Counted from the first letter of the stretch, positions 1-10,562 are shown. The stretch: 64,000 nt of DNA from Candidatus Heimdallarchaeum aukensis (GCA_021513695.1 CP084166.1:1504001-1568000), one strand, 5' to 3'. Notes: generated by a model from the sequence alone, not told the origin. Numbers and translations: made by a program.

Positions 1-571
1 AGAGAAATCCAGCTAAAACCACTCCAGTTGATCTTCCTGCAGTCACAGCAACATTGTATATTCCCATTCTTGTTGCACGATTTTCATAGACACTGAAGCG
101 AGATATATATCCATAAGACGCATTAACTTTGGCGCTGCCTGCAATTCCATGAATAAAGTGATAAACACTCATTCCGAATATAATTAGTCCATTTGCAAGA
201 GGAACAATACCTATTAATCCTTGCCAGTTAAATGCGCAAACACCGTAACCAAAGAGAACTAAACCACCACTTGCTGTTCCAAAAAGAATCCATTTCTTTG
301 CATCATCAAGATCTGCTTTACTTCCGAAATAACCTGATGAAGCGATGACAGCAAGTGCGTAAGTTACCTCAACAATCATTATAGCTATATTTGCTATCCA
401 CCCCTCCATTCTTAGGTGCTTGTAAATATACAAAGGCATTAAAACTGTAGTACTACCAAAAGCAACTCGTAAGAAAAAGGTTGAAACTATAATACCTAAA
501 AAAGAACGTTTCTGGTGCTTTAGCATGAATAACTTTTCGCCTTCTTTACTGTCAGTTGATTTATCTATCAT
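1..571 (-). CDS. MFS-type transporter, partial (3' end runs off the window start)
   Basis: Minus-strand frame opens at ATG (complement of 569-571). Manual translation MIDKSTDSKEGEKLFMLKHQKRSFLGIIVSTFFLRVAFGSTTVLMPLYIY... shows consecutive hydrophobic helices and a GxxxG-rich pattern typical of MFS permeases. It is absent from the ORF track because it is truncated by the window edge. Confidence 0.5.
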   Translation of the reverse strand, partial: MIDKSTDSKEGEKLFMLKHQKRSFLGIIVSTFFLRVAFGSTTVLMPLYIYKHLRMEGWIANIAIMIVEVTYALAVIASSGYFGSKADLDDAKKWILFGTASGGLVLFGYGVCAFNWQGLIGIVPLANGLIIFGMSVYHFIHGIAGSAKVNASYGYISRFSVYENRATRMGIYNVAVTAGRSTGVVLAGFL

Positions 572-910
572 TGTTTTCACTTAATTGTTTAGACAGCAAT
601 AGAGCAAGCTTATTAAATTTATTGTTTAAATTTCTAAATCTTTGAGATTTTAAGTGTTAATGTAACAATGGAAAACTAATTTCAAACTTATTTAATTTAA
701 AATTCAAATATAAGTGTAAGAAAATTTTAAATGTTTTAACGCCAATGTATTTGTAATAAGAAAAGAAGTAGCATATTGATCTATATTGAGATACTGATTC
801 CGATAGATTTTTATGCTCCTTCTGTTATATGCAAAATATTTAAGAATGGCAGTGTCCATAACATATAATGATATAATTAAAAAAGCTAGATTAAAAATAA
901 AGGTGGAAAA

Positions 911-1333
911 ATGTCAGAAAATAGCGTTACTATGGCAAAAATGACCAAATTAGTGGCAGAGGAACCAATCGAGTTACCTGAAGAATTTTTGGAAGCTCTT
1001 AAACCAGATGGAAAGAGTCATGCAGTGTTAATTTTAGCACCGAATACTAGAATAATAAGAATCATACCCACAGAATCGCCTGAAGTGATAAAGATTAATA
1101 TCAATATAGGAAAACTTTCTCCAGATTTCCTACGTAAAATGGGATCAATCTTTATTCGACTTGGGATTAAAACTTTGTACAGCACTGGGTTGTGTTTCAC
1201 TCAAAGCGCATGTGTATACGAAGGGTACATAGATAGTGAAGAGTTAAAAGAAGTTTCTATCGACACAATAAAGGACGAGTTAGAGAGAATAGAAGGCGTT
1301 TCTAGCGTCGAAGTAGAACATCTAACAGTGTAA
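911..1333 (+). CDS. hypothetical small cytoplasmic protein (140 aa)
   Basis: ORF with an SD-like aaaggtgg 6 nt upstream. No motif I can assign confidently; there is weak resemblance to AbrB/ACT-like small regulators. Confidence 0.4.
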   Translation: MSENSVTMAKMTKLVAEEPIELPEEFLEALKPDGKSHAVLILAPNTRIIRIIPTESPEVIKININIGKLSPDFLRKMGSIFIRLGIKTLYSTGLCFTQSACVYEGYIDSEELKEVSIDTIKDELERIEGVSSVEVEHLTV

Positions 1334-1448
1334 TATGTTTGGTTCCCAGACTCAACATGATTCTTTCTATTTTTTATTTATTAATTGATATTTTATTAAA
1401 AATTACGTTATTTTTCTGTTTGTTTTGACGAAAAAAGAATTTACGAAT

Positions 1449-2147
1449 CTAAGCAAGACTATCTACTTGCTCTTTTTTTTCAGAAAGAATTTCTTCTTCT
1501 ACTTCTCCTAGTACCCAGTCACCTAGAGAGATAGAAAAAGTTGTATCTTGATGTCCGGGGCATTCAATACGAATCGTTAAACTTTTTTTTGTTTTTTCGA
1601 TAATAGTGGGAACCAGACAGTTATCTTCTAGAATATCTATTAAAGCTGAAACATAAGTATCAGAGATCGAGCTTATACTTTCTTCTTGAATTCTATTTCC
1701 CAAAGGACCTAACTTATAACAAGTTTTTCTACCTTCTTTATATTTAGAAATAAGCCCTGCTTCTATCATTCTTTCTACATGATGTCGTACTGTATCATGA
1801 TGTAAATTAAGTTCTCTTGCAATATCAGATTGATAGGTTCCTTCATTATTCGCTATACAACTAAAAATTTTTTTAGCTGTTGGATGTTTTATTGCAGTAA
1901 AAGCCTTTTCTACCTCTTCTGTTCTAAGATTTCTGGGATAATAGACCCTTTTTCCACCAAATTTTATAGATTTTATCAAATTAGCTTTTTCTAGTTGTCT
2001 TAAGTGCCAGTCAATAGTTCCCTGAGGGAGAGACAAAATATTGGAGAGTTCAAAGAAATACAGACCTGGTGTTTCACAAAGTATCTTATAGATTTCTTTT
2101 CTTTGAGGATGCAAAATTAATGTTTGCTCTTTCCTTTTTATAGGCAT
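1449..2147 (-). CDS. transcriptional regulator with two tandem winged-HTH (ArsR/TrmB-like) domains
   Basis: Two repeats of the pattern IL..L...P....ELS......QGTI..HL..L..A.LI.....GKR.YY and ...IF..I....GTYQSDIARELNLHHDTVRHHVERMIEAGLISKYKEGRKTCYKL. It is divergent to the MoxR operon. Confidence 0.6.
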   Translation of the reverse strand: MPIKRKEQTLILHPQRKEIYKILCETPGLYFFELSNILSLPQGTIDWHLRQLEKANLIKSIKFGGKRVYYPRNLRTEEVEKAFTAIKHPTAKKIFSCIANNEGTYQSDIARELNLHHDTVRHHVERMIEAGLISKYKEGRKTCYKLGPLGNRIQEESISSISDTYVSALIDILEDNCLVPTIIEKTKKSLTIRIECPGHQDTTFSISLGDWVLGEVEEEILSEKKEQVDSLA

Positions 2148-2277
2148 AATGTCCCTCTCACAATATTATATTTACTACTTCTTTGTTAAAAAACTTTTTT
2201 GAGAAACAAGACTAAATTCGAGAAATGATAAATATATAGATTTTTAAGTGAGTATAGCGAGTTGTTTTTGAGTAGAA

Positions 2278-3279
2278 ATGGGTGCAACAAAAAGCAAAAA
2301 AACGAGCACTAAAGAGATTAATATAGAAGATATTTCTATCAAAGTTCAAGAAATAAAAAAGGAAATTGCTAAAGTAATTGTAGGACAAGAAAAGGTTATT
2401 GATGCTCTAATAACAGCTGTGCTAGCAGATGGTCATGTTTTATTAGAAGGAGTTCCTGGAATTGCAAAAACATTGATGGTAAGAGCTCTTTCTAAGGCTA
2501 TTTCTGCAGAATTTAAGAGGATCCAATTCACTCCAGACTTGATGCCATCAGATGTAACTGGAGTTATGGCTTATCGTCCCGAAACGGGTGAATTTTATTT
2601 CAAAAAGGGACCAGTTTTTACAAATATTTTACTTGCAGATGAAATAAATCGAGCTCCACCTAAAACACAAGCAGCAATGTTAGAGTCTATGCAAGAAAAA
2701 CAAGTTTCTGTTGAGAAACAGACCTATTCACTCCCAGATCCATTTTTAACTTTTGCAACACAGAATCCACTTGAACAAGAAGGAACTTATCCTCTTCCAG
2801 AGGCACAAATAGACAGATTTGCATTCAAGCTTCTGGTTGATTATCCTGAGGAAGAAGAAGAGATCCAGATAGTTAATAGGTTTACTGGAGAATATGATTC
2901 TTATGATAAATTAGAAGATGTCAAACCAGTATTAGGTTCAAAAGAAATAATTGAATTTCAAAAATATATCAGAAAAAATATTTCAATTTCTGAAGAATTA
3001 TCAAGATACATAGTAAGAGTTGTTAGCCTTACCAGAGAAAGTGAAGAAGTCGCAATTGGTGCAAGCCCAAGAGCGAGCCTATGGTTGACAATCTCTGCAA
3101 AGGCTTCTGCTGCTATGGCAGGAAGAAAATTTGTTAAACCAGAAGACATCCAAAAAGTTGCAGTAAATGTTCTCAGACATAGAGTAATAATCAAGCCTGA
3201 ATATGAATTTGATGGAACAACTTCAGAGATGATTATTGATAGAATAATAAAACACACTCCAGCACCTGTAGTAGAATAA
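2278..3279 (+). CDS. moxR: MoxR-family AAA+ ATPase
   Basis: Walker A GHVLLEGVPGIAKT, Walker B ILLADEINRAPPKTQAAMLE, sensor region and a size of about 330 aa. Classic MoxR subfamily organisation. Confidence 0.85.
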   Translation: MGATKSKKTSTKEINIEDISIKVQEIKKEIAKVIVGQEKVIDALITAVLADGHVLLEGVPGIAKTLMVRALSKAISAEFKRIQFTPDLMPSDVTGVMAYRPETGEFYFKKGPVFTNILLADEINRAPPKTQAAMLESMQEKQVSVEKQTYSLPDPFLTFATQNPLEQEGTYPLPEAQIDRFAFKLLVDYPEEEEEIQIVNRFTGEYDSYDKLEDVKPVLGSKEIIEFQKYIRKNISISEELSRYIVRVVSLTRESEEVAIGASPRASLWLTISAKASAAMAGRKFVKPEDIQKVAVNVLRHRVIIKPEYEFDGTTSEMIIDRIIKHTPAPVVE

Positions 3280-3293
3280 AAAGGGCGATTAAG

Positions 3294-5468
3294 TTGAAAT
3301 CGATTAAATCGAGAATCTTCCTTTTGATATTAATTCTGGAATTCATAGTTATAGGTGCACTAAGTGTTACAAAAGTAACATTATCTAATCATCAAAACAT
3401 TGTTCAAGCAGAAGAAGGAGATTTGACAGTAACAATCCGAAGAGAGCAAATTTATTATAAAAATAACACAGAACTAACTAGAGGATATATTTATTGGGCA
3501 GACTTAAAAGGAGGAACTTTGATACTTTATGGAAATACTTCTTCATCAGAAATGTTCTCTTACGCATTTTGGGATTCAGTAGGAAATTATTCAAGTGACA
3601 GATTAACTTTCTATCCAGACAGAATAGAGATTCAGATTAGAACAACAGAATTATACTACGAGATATATGGTGCTTATCACCCAGATTATTTTATCGACAC
3701 TAATTTCATTGTAATCTTTGACACATTTTGGGCGCAGTTTAGTTATATTACTCCAGAAGGAGAAGAAAGGTATGCACCTGTCAATTATTATAATAAACAA
3801 GTACTTCCTGAAGGAGCAGGACTGGTAAGTTATGCCCCTACTGATGGAGCTCTAATTGAAAAAGTAGGAGAAGAAATATATGCAATCGTATGGGAATATA
3901 AAGAAAGAATGATGGATCCATTTCACGAACCCTTTCCCTATGAAATAACTTATACATTTGACCCAATTTATTTGGCTTTCACTGAACAAATGTTTCAGAA
4001 CCAACAAGAACGACAAAAAAATGAAAATGAAAAGAATTTGTTAGATATGCTTAAAACCTATTTTAAATTGATTGCATTTCTTGCTGTTATTCTTAGTATT
4101 GTTGCTGCGATATTTGGTTATTTACGTGCAAGGCATAAGTTCAAGTCAAAGCTACAAGAAGCAATCAACCTACCTAAAAGAATGTTAAAAGATATTGAGA
4201 GAGAAGTTGAACCTTCAAAACGGGTATCATCCATGTTTAGTGCGGGTTTCTTTCTGTTTTTGTTACTGATGCCCGTAGTAACATCACAATTACAAGACGT
4301 ACAAACTACTGAACCGATGTTAGTAAATAATAATACACAGATTGGTTTAGCAGGGCTTAACTCATCTCTTAAACAAGAGGATCGTGATATTCAATATACC
4401 GCAATTATTGATTTAGGAAAAACAGGAATTTCCTTTGAGACAGTAATAATGGAACTTCCCTATACAGTAGAAAATTTCAGCATTTGGGTAAACACTGAAA
4501 GTGTCATAGAGTTTAACGCTTATGACAGTTCTGGTTTACCAATTTCATATCAAGAATTTTCTGATCACTACTTGATACGCAATGTAAAAGGGTATATTAG
4601 ATACGAAATTATTAAACCCTATCAATATTATAACAATAGTAATATTTTAGTGTATATAGACTATTTTTGGCTTAATTTCTTTGATTACGAGATAGGAAAT
4701 TATTCAAGAGCAGATATTCAATATACTCTTATCCTCCCAGAGGATTCTATATTATATAGTGCTTCGCCAGAATCAATTCTTACTCTTGGAAAAACTCCAG
4801 AGGGAAGAAGAAAGGTAACTTTTACAGACTATAATCGCCAGATTGACCCTTACCATGACTTATTTTCTTGCCAAGTCACGTACTCATTTATTGATGTTTT
4901 AGACGCAATAGAAAATGAATCAGCGCGTTTCGAACACTTTAGGGTGGAAACTAAACTCACTCAAGAACAGATAAACACTCTTACAAAAAACATAATGTTT
5001 CTCGCGTTTATTGCAATTATCGCACCAATATTAGCTTTCTTACTCTCATATTATATTATGAGAAACCGAATGATGAAAAAGATAAAAGAAGAGGAGCAAA
5101 AACATGAGCTTTTAATTTCTGTAGAAGAATTACAGATTAAAGCTCTCAATGAAAGTGGAAAAATCGATGAGAATAAAGAACCATGGAAACCGATGTTAGG
5201 AGGTTATTGGGAACTACTAGCTTACCTTAGTAGATATACTCCTATAAACTTATTATCGCTAGACGATTCTATGCATGAAAAAATTCTCTCAAAATACATT
5301 CCTAAACACTTACGCCAAGAAATTTTTGAGCTTTTATCTACAGGACGAGCCATTTCTTCATCAATAAAAAAAGGAGAAACAATTTATTTCACAAAAAGTC
5401 AAGCTAGAGATTATTTAGAAGCCATAATGAAGGCAATCGAAAAGATGGAAAAAGAAAGGAAAGGATAG
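3294..5468 (+). CDS. large membrane protein with internally duplicated ectodomain module (724 aa), uncharacterised
   Basis: N-terminal signal/anchor IFLLILILEFIVIGALSV, then a ~230-aa Tyr/Trp-rich beta-type domain, TM, basic stretch, and a second hydrophobic segment. The second ~230-aa domain has matching motifs (YEIYGAYHPDYFID...DTFWAQFSY versus YEIIKPYQYYNN...DYFWLNFFDY). A TM and a ~130-aa coiled-coil cytoplasmic tail follow. Stop/start is coupled to moxR. Confidence 0.55.
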   Translation: MKSIKSRIFLLILILEFIVIGALSVTKVTLSNHQNIVQAEEGDLTVTIRREQIYYKNNTELTRGYIYWADLKGGTLILYGNTSSSEMFSYAFWDSVGNYSSDRLTFYPDRIEIQIRTTELYYEIYGAYHPDYFIDTNFIVIFDTFWAQFSYITPEGEERYAPVNYYNKQVLPEGAGLVSYAPTDGALIEKVGEEIYAIVWEYKERMMDPFHEPFPYEITYTFDPIYLAFTEQMFQNQQERQKNENEKNLLDMLKTYFKLIAFLAVILSIVAAIFGYLRARHKFKSKLQEAINLPKRMLKDIEREVEPSKRVSSMFSAGFFLFLLLMPVVTSQLQDVQTTEPMLVNNNTQIGLAGLNSSLKQEDRDIQYTAIIDLGKTGISFETVIMELPYTVENFSIWVNTESVIEFNAYDSSGLPISYQEFSDHYLIRNVKGYIRYEIIKPYQYYNNSNILVYIDYFWLNFFDYEIGNYSRADIQYTLILPEDSILYSASPESILTLGKTPEGRRKVTFTDYNRQIDPYHDLFSCQVTYSFIDVLDAIENESARFEHFRVETKLTQEQINTLTKNIMFLAFIAIIAPILAFLLSYYIMRNRMMKKIKEEEQKHELLISVEELQIKALNESGKIDENKEPWKPMLGGYWELLAYLSRYTPINLLSLDDSMHEKILSKYIPKHLRQEIFELLSTGRAISSSIKKGETIYFTKSQARDYLEAIMKAIEKMEKERKG

Positions 5469-5470
5469 AA

Positions 5471-6154
5471 ATGAAACAAGTAACAAAAATCATAATATTT
5501 TCAATGGTTGTTAGTTTACTACTAATTCAGATCAATAATGTCAATGCTAAAGAAACAGTTTTTACTGCTACACAAATAATAGATATAAACGAAACTACTC
5601 AGATAACAGTTTCCATGGCAGCCCCGTTAACTTGGGAAATAAACACGGGAATAAACATTTCTGTAAATATAAAGTTATCAAAAATTGCTCAGAATGATAG
5701 TCTATTTATTACTTATATCAAAACAGAATATAATATTCCAGGAAAACAATTCCCCGAAGACCAACAAATCACAATAATTGAAAATAATCTAACAAATATC
5801 GGTGAACAAATCAGCATTAACCAAACTCGTTATGCACCTGAGAATACTGATGAATTTAACATTACCTTATCGATCCTTGCTCAGACAGTAAACATGACCA
5901 GTACAGAAGAGTTTTCCATGGATTTTCCAGGAAAAGGTGAAGATAATATTTTAGTTAAGAAGAATTTAGTTCTGCCTATAATCAATCTGCCTGGTTTCCC
6001 CAATATCGAAACATTTAGCAGGTGGATAGTTATCTTTGTTGTGATTCAATTAGTTATTATGTCACCTGCGCTCTTTGTCTTATATTTCAAAATAAAAAAA
6101 CAAAGAACACGGGGCCAGGTATCGAAGAAAAAAAGGAGTGGAGAAGATGAGTAA
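5471..6154 (+). CDS. secreted or type-I membrane protein, signal peptide plus C-terminal TM anchor and basic tail (227 aa)
   Basis: N-terminal MKQVTKIIIFSMVVSLLLIQINNVNA, C-terminal WIVIFVVIQLVIMSPALFVLYF followed by KIKKQRTRG. Start is 3 nt after the upstream stop. Confidence 0.5.
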   Translation: MKQVTKIIIFSMVVSLLLIQINNVNAKETVFTATQIIDINETTQITVSMAAPLTWEINTGINISVNIKLSKIAQNDSLFITYIKTEYNIPGKQFPEDQQITIIENNLTNIGEQISINQTRYAPENTDEFNITLSILAQTVNMTSTEEFSMDFPGKGEDNILVKKNLVLPIINLPGFPNIETFSRWIVIFVVIQLVIMSPALFVLYFKIKKQRTRGQVSKKKRSGEDE

Positions 6155-7745
6155 AACTGAAACTAAACAACAAAATCCCTTAGAAAGAGGAGTAAGAAAA
6201 ATAGATGTTCTGATGCGTTCATTTGGAATGCGTACTAGAATGTTTAAGGGAAAAACGAGAGGGATAGTAAAGGGAACAAGAAAGGTTTACCCTCATGAAG
6301 TCAATGCTACGATTGTAGAGACAGCAAGGGGAGTAGGAATCAAAATAAAGATGGAAAAATTGTGGTATTCATTTCTAAAAGGAATTCCTTTTCTATTTCT
6401 GATAATACTCTCTCTAATTCAATTAATTGCACCAAAAATTGGAGAGAATATGGCAGAAAATGTTGGTTTTAATTTGTTTGCACTCTTTCTTGGAACAAGA
6501 ACTAAATCTATTGGATTACTAATTACGCTTTTTATTATTGGAGGAATTTTTATTGTTAGTGAGATAATAGAGAGGACAATTAGATTGAGATATCTCCAAG
6601 ACAGGATGCCCAGATTTTTGAGTGGAGCTGAATGGACAACTGCTGATTCACCATTATTATTAGATATCATAAGTTCTACAAATAATATTTTGTGGTTAGC
6701 ATATCTCATATTAGTAATAATCTTTGCACCATTTTCTTTTTCATCAGAAATAATTGAAAAGTTTGTAACAGTATATCAAACTGGCATAGTTAATTTGCTA
6801 GAAGGTACAACGCTTGTTTCACTACTAGATATATCAATAATATCCAGTATGTTATTTACAATATTATTGCTAAATTACAAGTCGTTTAGAGAAGAAATAG
6901 ATTCAAAGCAAAGAGCAAGCAGAGTAAAAGTAGATTATAGTACAACACAACTTTTAGAAGTTGTCTTTGGTTCAATTACACTTATCACATTTGAAATAGT
7001 TCTATTTTCATTTATGTTTTGGACGGATCTTACTTTAATCCAAATTATAATGACTTATAGCGTTACTGTAGCGGCTAGTATTCTAAGTGTGTGGCTTTAT
7101 TGGCAGAGAGAAAACTATATTTTCATTTTTCTTGAGATATGGCTTTTCTTAAGCATAGTAGTCATGGTTTTCAGTAACGCAAATAATCCTAAATTCTCTT
7201 GGATGATAATTTGCCACCTTTTCCTAATTCTGACAATTTTAGGTTTGTATTTTAATCAATTTTTCAAATCTTATTTAGAAGAAAAAGGAATATATGAACC
7301 TAGTTGGATGTTTAATTCTTTCCCAATCTTTGCGATTATTGAAGTCCTTAAAAAAGCAAAAGTAAGAACTACAAAAGGAGTACAAAAAGAATTAGAAGAA
7401 ATAAGAACAGAAGAATTAACAGAGAAAATAAAAGAACGTTCTCCTCTTATAATTCCGCTTGAAAAAATAACTAAAAAAGGAAAGGATGCAAAAAAGATAA
7501 TCAACACATACCAAAAAATTATCGACCGCATAACAAAGAAAGATGTAAACATTATTACTTTATCTGTAATTAATGAAGAGATTTTAGCGCTAATACAAGA
7601 TGAAGCAGAACTAAGGAAAAAAGTAGAAAACTTATTCCAAATTATTGATCATCTTCTTTGGGACGAAAGCTATATCCTGAAAGATGGAAGCAAATATGTT
7701 GAAATAACAGAACAACTCTACAGCGCAGTCTTAAAGGCAAGGTGA
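6138..7745 (+). CDS. polytopic membrane protein (8 or more predicted TM) with C-terminal cytoplasmic coiled-coil domain (535 aa)
   Basis: Multiple 20-25-residue hydrophobic runs. The C-terminal ~140 aa are charged/helical (EELTEKIKERS...AELRKKVENL). It overlaps the upstream gene by 17 nt. Confidence 0.55.
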   Translation: MEKMSKTETKQQNPLERGVRKIDVLMRSFGMRTRMFKGKTRGIVKGTRKVYPHEVNATIVETARGVGIKIKMEKLWYSFLKGIPFLFLIILSLIQLIAPKIGENMAENVGFNLFALFLGTRTKSIGLLITLFIIGGIFIVSEIIERTIRLRYLQDRMPRFLSGAEWTTADSPLLLDIISSTNNILWLAYLILVIIFAPFSFSSEIIEKFVTVYQTGIVNLLEGTTLVSLLDISIISSMLFTILLLNYKSFREEIDSKQRASRVKVDYSTTQLLEVVFGSITLITFEIVLFSFMFWTDLTLIQIIMTYSVTVAASILSVWLYWQRENYIFIFLEIWLFLSIVVMVFSNANNPKFSWMIICHLFLILTILGLYFNQFFKSYLEEKGIYEPSWMFNSFPIFAIIEVLKKAKVRTTKGVQKELEEIRTEELTEKIKERSPLIIPLEKITKKGKDAKKIINTYQKIIDRITKKDVNIITLSVINEEILALIQDEAELRKKVENLFQIIDHLLWDESYILKDGSKYVEITEQLYSAVLKAR

Positions 7746-7749
7746 TATA

Positions 7750-8691
7750 ATGTCTAATCCAGCCAAAGAAGAAAAAAAAACGTTACAAAAAGATAAAGTA
7801 AAGATTCCTATAAAAAAACTGAAAAAACTAGAAATTTTAGCAAAAGAACGTTCAACAAGCTTTCTACAAGGACATCGAAGATCGATCTTTAGAGGACCAG
7901 GAACCGAATATGCAGATTTAAGAGAATATGTTGAGGGAGACGATCTCAGATTTGTTGATTGGAATGCATCATCACGTATTCCTTTCAAACTAATTGTTAG
8001 AGATTATGAACAAGAAAGAAATACAAATGTAGTTTTGATGCTTGATGTTAGTCATTCGATGTTATTAGGTGATCCAGTACCAAGGATCAAACTTGCAGTT
8101 GAAGCAAGTGCTACATTAGCTTATACAGTCCTAATAAATCGAGATTTATTTGGTTGGGCTAGTTTCTCAGATAAACTACACAATTATATTCCTCCCCGTG
8201 GTGGAAAATTGCACTTTTATCATATTGTTCATGAAATGCTCAAGATTGCTCCACATGGTAAAACTAATATCGGTGATGCTATTCGTGAAGTGGCTTTATC
8301 TTTAAAGAGAAGATCAATAATTATCTTACTCACTGATTTACATGGAAATTTAGAAGGTGCAATGAATGGTTTTAAAGTTGCAAAATTAAAAAAACACGAA
8401 GTTAAAGTAATTCATACTGTTGATCCAGAGGAATTTCTTTTTCCAAAGAATCCTAGACAAGTAAAATACCTTGATCCTGAAACAAATCAAATGAAAGTAG
8501 TTAATTTTAGTAATTTGCTTGAACGAGGAAAATATAATTACGAAATTGGTTTAAAAATCAAGGAAATTAACAATTTTAAGAGAAACATAAGAGGGTTAAA
8601 CATTGACGTAGTTACTGCATCAACTACAATGTTAACTGAGAGATTATTACTTACTTATTTTGGATCAAAGAGAGGGAGGGCTTTAAAATGA
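7750..8691 (+). CDS. DUF58 family protein (vWA-like fold with MIDAS), MoxR partner
   Basis: Signature GPGTEYADLREYVEGDDLRFVDWNASSRIPFKLIVRDYEQE followed by the MIDAS-like VVLMLDVSHSM. DUF58 is canonically encoded next to MoxR ATPases. Confidence 0.8.
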   Translation: MSNPAKEEKKTLQKDKVKIPIKKLKKLEILAKERSTSFLQGHRRSIFRGPGTEYADLREYVEGDDLRFVDWNASSRIPFKLIVRDYEQERNTNVVLMLDVSHSMLLGDPVPRIKLAVEASATLAYTVLINRDLFGWASFSDKLHNYIPPRGGKLHFYHIVHEMLKIAPHGKTNIGDAIREVALSLKRRSIIILLTDLHGNLEGAMNGFKVAKLKKHEVKVIHTVDPEEFLFPKNPRQVKYLDPETNQMKVVNFSNLLERGKYNYEIGLKIKEINNFKRNIRGLNIDVVTASTTMLTERLLLTYFGSKRGRALK

Positions 8692-10559
8692 AAAGAAACT
8701 TAATATCTGTTTCTCTAATATATCTTGTTATAATAAGCACTTTTAGCTTTGTTGTAACTTCTGATTTCAAAATCGTTTCTGCTGGGAGTAGTAGTTCTGG
8801 AGATATTCCTCCACCAGGTGGTCAAGGAGGAGAGGATACTAGCGGCGGTGGTGCTGCAGGAGGGTTATACCTCAATTATCGTATTCCATTAATATTTAAG
8901 AAAGGAGATTTTGCACCAACGTTTATTGCAATTACAGCTTTACCCATCTTTCAAAATGAAACTATAGTAATTTTTGGTTATAATTCTTCATTATTTGAGA
9001 ATAATCAAGCTATTATAAAGGGAAATGAAACACTTATAATTGATCCTCGAGACGAACCTGAGTTAACAAATGGTTCATTGATACAATCTTTTTCTCCATT
9101 ACAAATTACTGTTTTTCATCCAAATACAAATAATGAAAGCGATAATTCATTTTCTTATTCAGTATTAGTTATGCAAAATTGGGGAAAGAAATATCTTTCT
9201 TCTTTTTCAGATATGAGAGCAATTATAGTTGCAGGCTTTAACAGTACAAAGTTAACAATTAATAACAATGGAATAATGCAATATGAAACCATTGATCTGA
9301 TTGGACAAACATTAGATATTTCGGTTACTAAAGGAACCATTATAGAAGCAAATGGACCAATAGGAGTGGTTTTTTACTCTTTAACAGATAGCCAAGGTTC
9401 TTTCGCTTATACAGGAGTCCCATATTACATGTGGGGAAAAGAGTATTTTACACTCCCTCCACCAAGAAAAACGCATGATACCTTAATTGAAGATAACTCT
9501 ACTTTAGTACTTGGGAATATAAATGAAGGAGGAACTTTAATTTTCGAAACTTCAGAAGAAGAATCAGATATATTAAACTTGGAAGAAAATCAAACAATTA
9601 CATTAGAAAAACAAAAGTTAGGAACAAATGATTATTATACACATTTTCTATCTGCAGCTGTAAACTATTCTGTTACTACGTTATATTCTTATGTTATCAA
9701 TGGTACTATATACAAATCTGCATTCCAATATATTTCTACAGAAAAGATGAGATGGGCAGAATGGTTCTATAATAATAAAATATCAGATAACCTAAAAATC
9801 TCTTCTGTTTCTTTGGATGATTCAAATATTATTCTTCCAATACTACTATATGAAGGGCAATTAGTTATTGATCTCGAAAATTATTCTTCTGTTGACAGGG
9901 GCGAATATTATTCATATAAACAAGGAACTAGTTATGGCGTTATTTCAGCTAATGGTTCTTTGTTTGCTTCACAGATTGTATCAGATGAAGAAAAAATATT
10001 AGAGAACAGCCTTTCTCATTTACTTTTTCCAATGAATCTTTACTCTTTTGTTGATAACACGAGCTCCTCTTTTCCGAGTTGGTATCATTTTCCAAACATA
10101 AATGTAAAAGAAGTAAATGTCTACCCTGAAAAACCAACAGAACTAAGAAAACTTAAACTTGAAATTGTTATTCAAAATAATGGTAGTATTCCCTCTGCTC
10201 CATTTTGGGTCAGCATTTTTAGAAATGATACTATAAAGATACACAAAAAAATAGACGGATTAGATATTAATGAAACTTTTAGCATTCCTTTTGAGGAATT
10301 TCAAGGATTCGGACTTAAGACATTAAACATATCCATCTACACAGACTCTTTAAGTCAAATATTTGAATTAATAGAATTTGATAATGCATATGAACTTATG
10401 ATTAAAGTTAATCGTAATTGGAATATAATCTATGTTGGAATTGCAGTTTCTGTACTAATAATAGGTTATCTTTCTTATCTTGTAATAAGAAAATTTGTTG
10501 CCAAATATAAGGAAAACAAGAGAAAATTCGATATTATTCTAAGTGAGATAGAGGTCTAG
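8688..10559 (+). CDS. secreted Gly-rich/N-glycosylation-rich surface protein with C-terminal TM anchor (623 aa)
   Basis: Signal peptide LISVSLIYLVIISTFSFVVTS, low-complexity SGDIPPPGGQGGEDTSGGGAAGG, many NxS/T sequons, and a C-terminal TM IIYVGIAVSVLIIGYLSYLVI plus RKFVAKYKENKRKF. It overlaps the DUF58 gene by 4 nt. Confidence 0.55.
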   Translation: MKRNLISVSLIYLVIISTFSFVVTSDFKIVSAGSSSSGDIPPPGGQGGEDTSGGGAAGGLYLNYRIPLIFKKGDFAPTFIAITALPIFQNETIVIFGYNSSLFENNQAIIKGNETLIIDPRDEPELTNGSLIQSFSPLQITVFHPNTNNESDNSFSYSVLVMQNWGKKYLSSFSDMRAIIVAGFNSTKLTINNNGIMQYETIDLIGQTLDISVTKGTIIEANGPIGVVFYSLTDSQGSFAYTGVPYYMWGKEYFTLPPPRKTHDTLIEDNSTLVLGNINEGGTLIFETSEEESDILNLEENQTITLEKQKLGTNDYYTHFLSAAVNYSVTTLYSYVINGTIYKSAFQYISTEKMRWAEWFYNNKISDNLKISSVSLDDSNIILPILLYEGQLVIDLENYSSVDRGEYYSYKQGTSYGVISANGSLFASQIVSDEEKILENSLSHLLFPMNLYSFVDNTSSSFPSWYHFPNINVKEVNVYPEKPTELRKLKLEIVIQNNGSIPSAPFWVSIFRNDTIKIHKKIDGLDINETFSIPFEEFQGFGLKTLNISIYTDSLSQIFELIEFDNAYELMIKVNRNWNIIYVGIAVSVLIIGYLSYLVIRKFVAKYKENKRKFDIILSEIEV

Positions 10560-10562
10560 TAA

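Noticed and set aside
1018-1200. 60-aa antisense ORF inside the 911-1333 gene. Similar short antisense or overlapping ORFs occur at 2958-3257, 6419-6709, 7271-7552, 14002-14334, 18001-18637, 19167-19544, 30692-31228, 35815-36219, 49905-50372 and 59361-59774.
   Set aside because: All lie wholly within better-supported genes on the opposite strand or in another frame. They have low-complexity, Ser/Phe/Leu-rich translations typical of AT-rich antisense frames, and no motif.
5471-6154. Possible PGF-CTERM (archaeosortase) sorting signal, from the PGF tripeptide near the C-terminal TM of the 227-aa protein
   Set aside because: PGF is separated from the TM helix by ~9 residues, and the basic tail is long (20 aa). 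Canonical PGF-CTERM has PGF immediately before the TM and a short tail. Probably coincidental.
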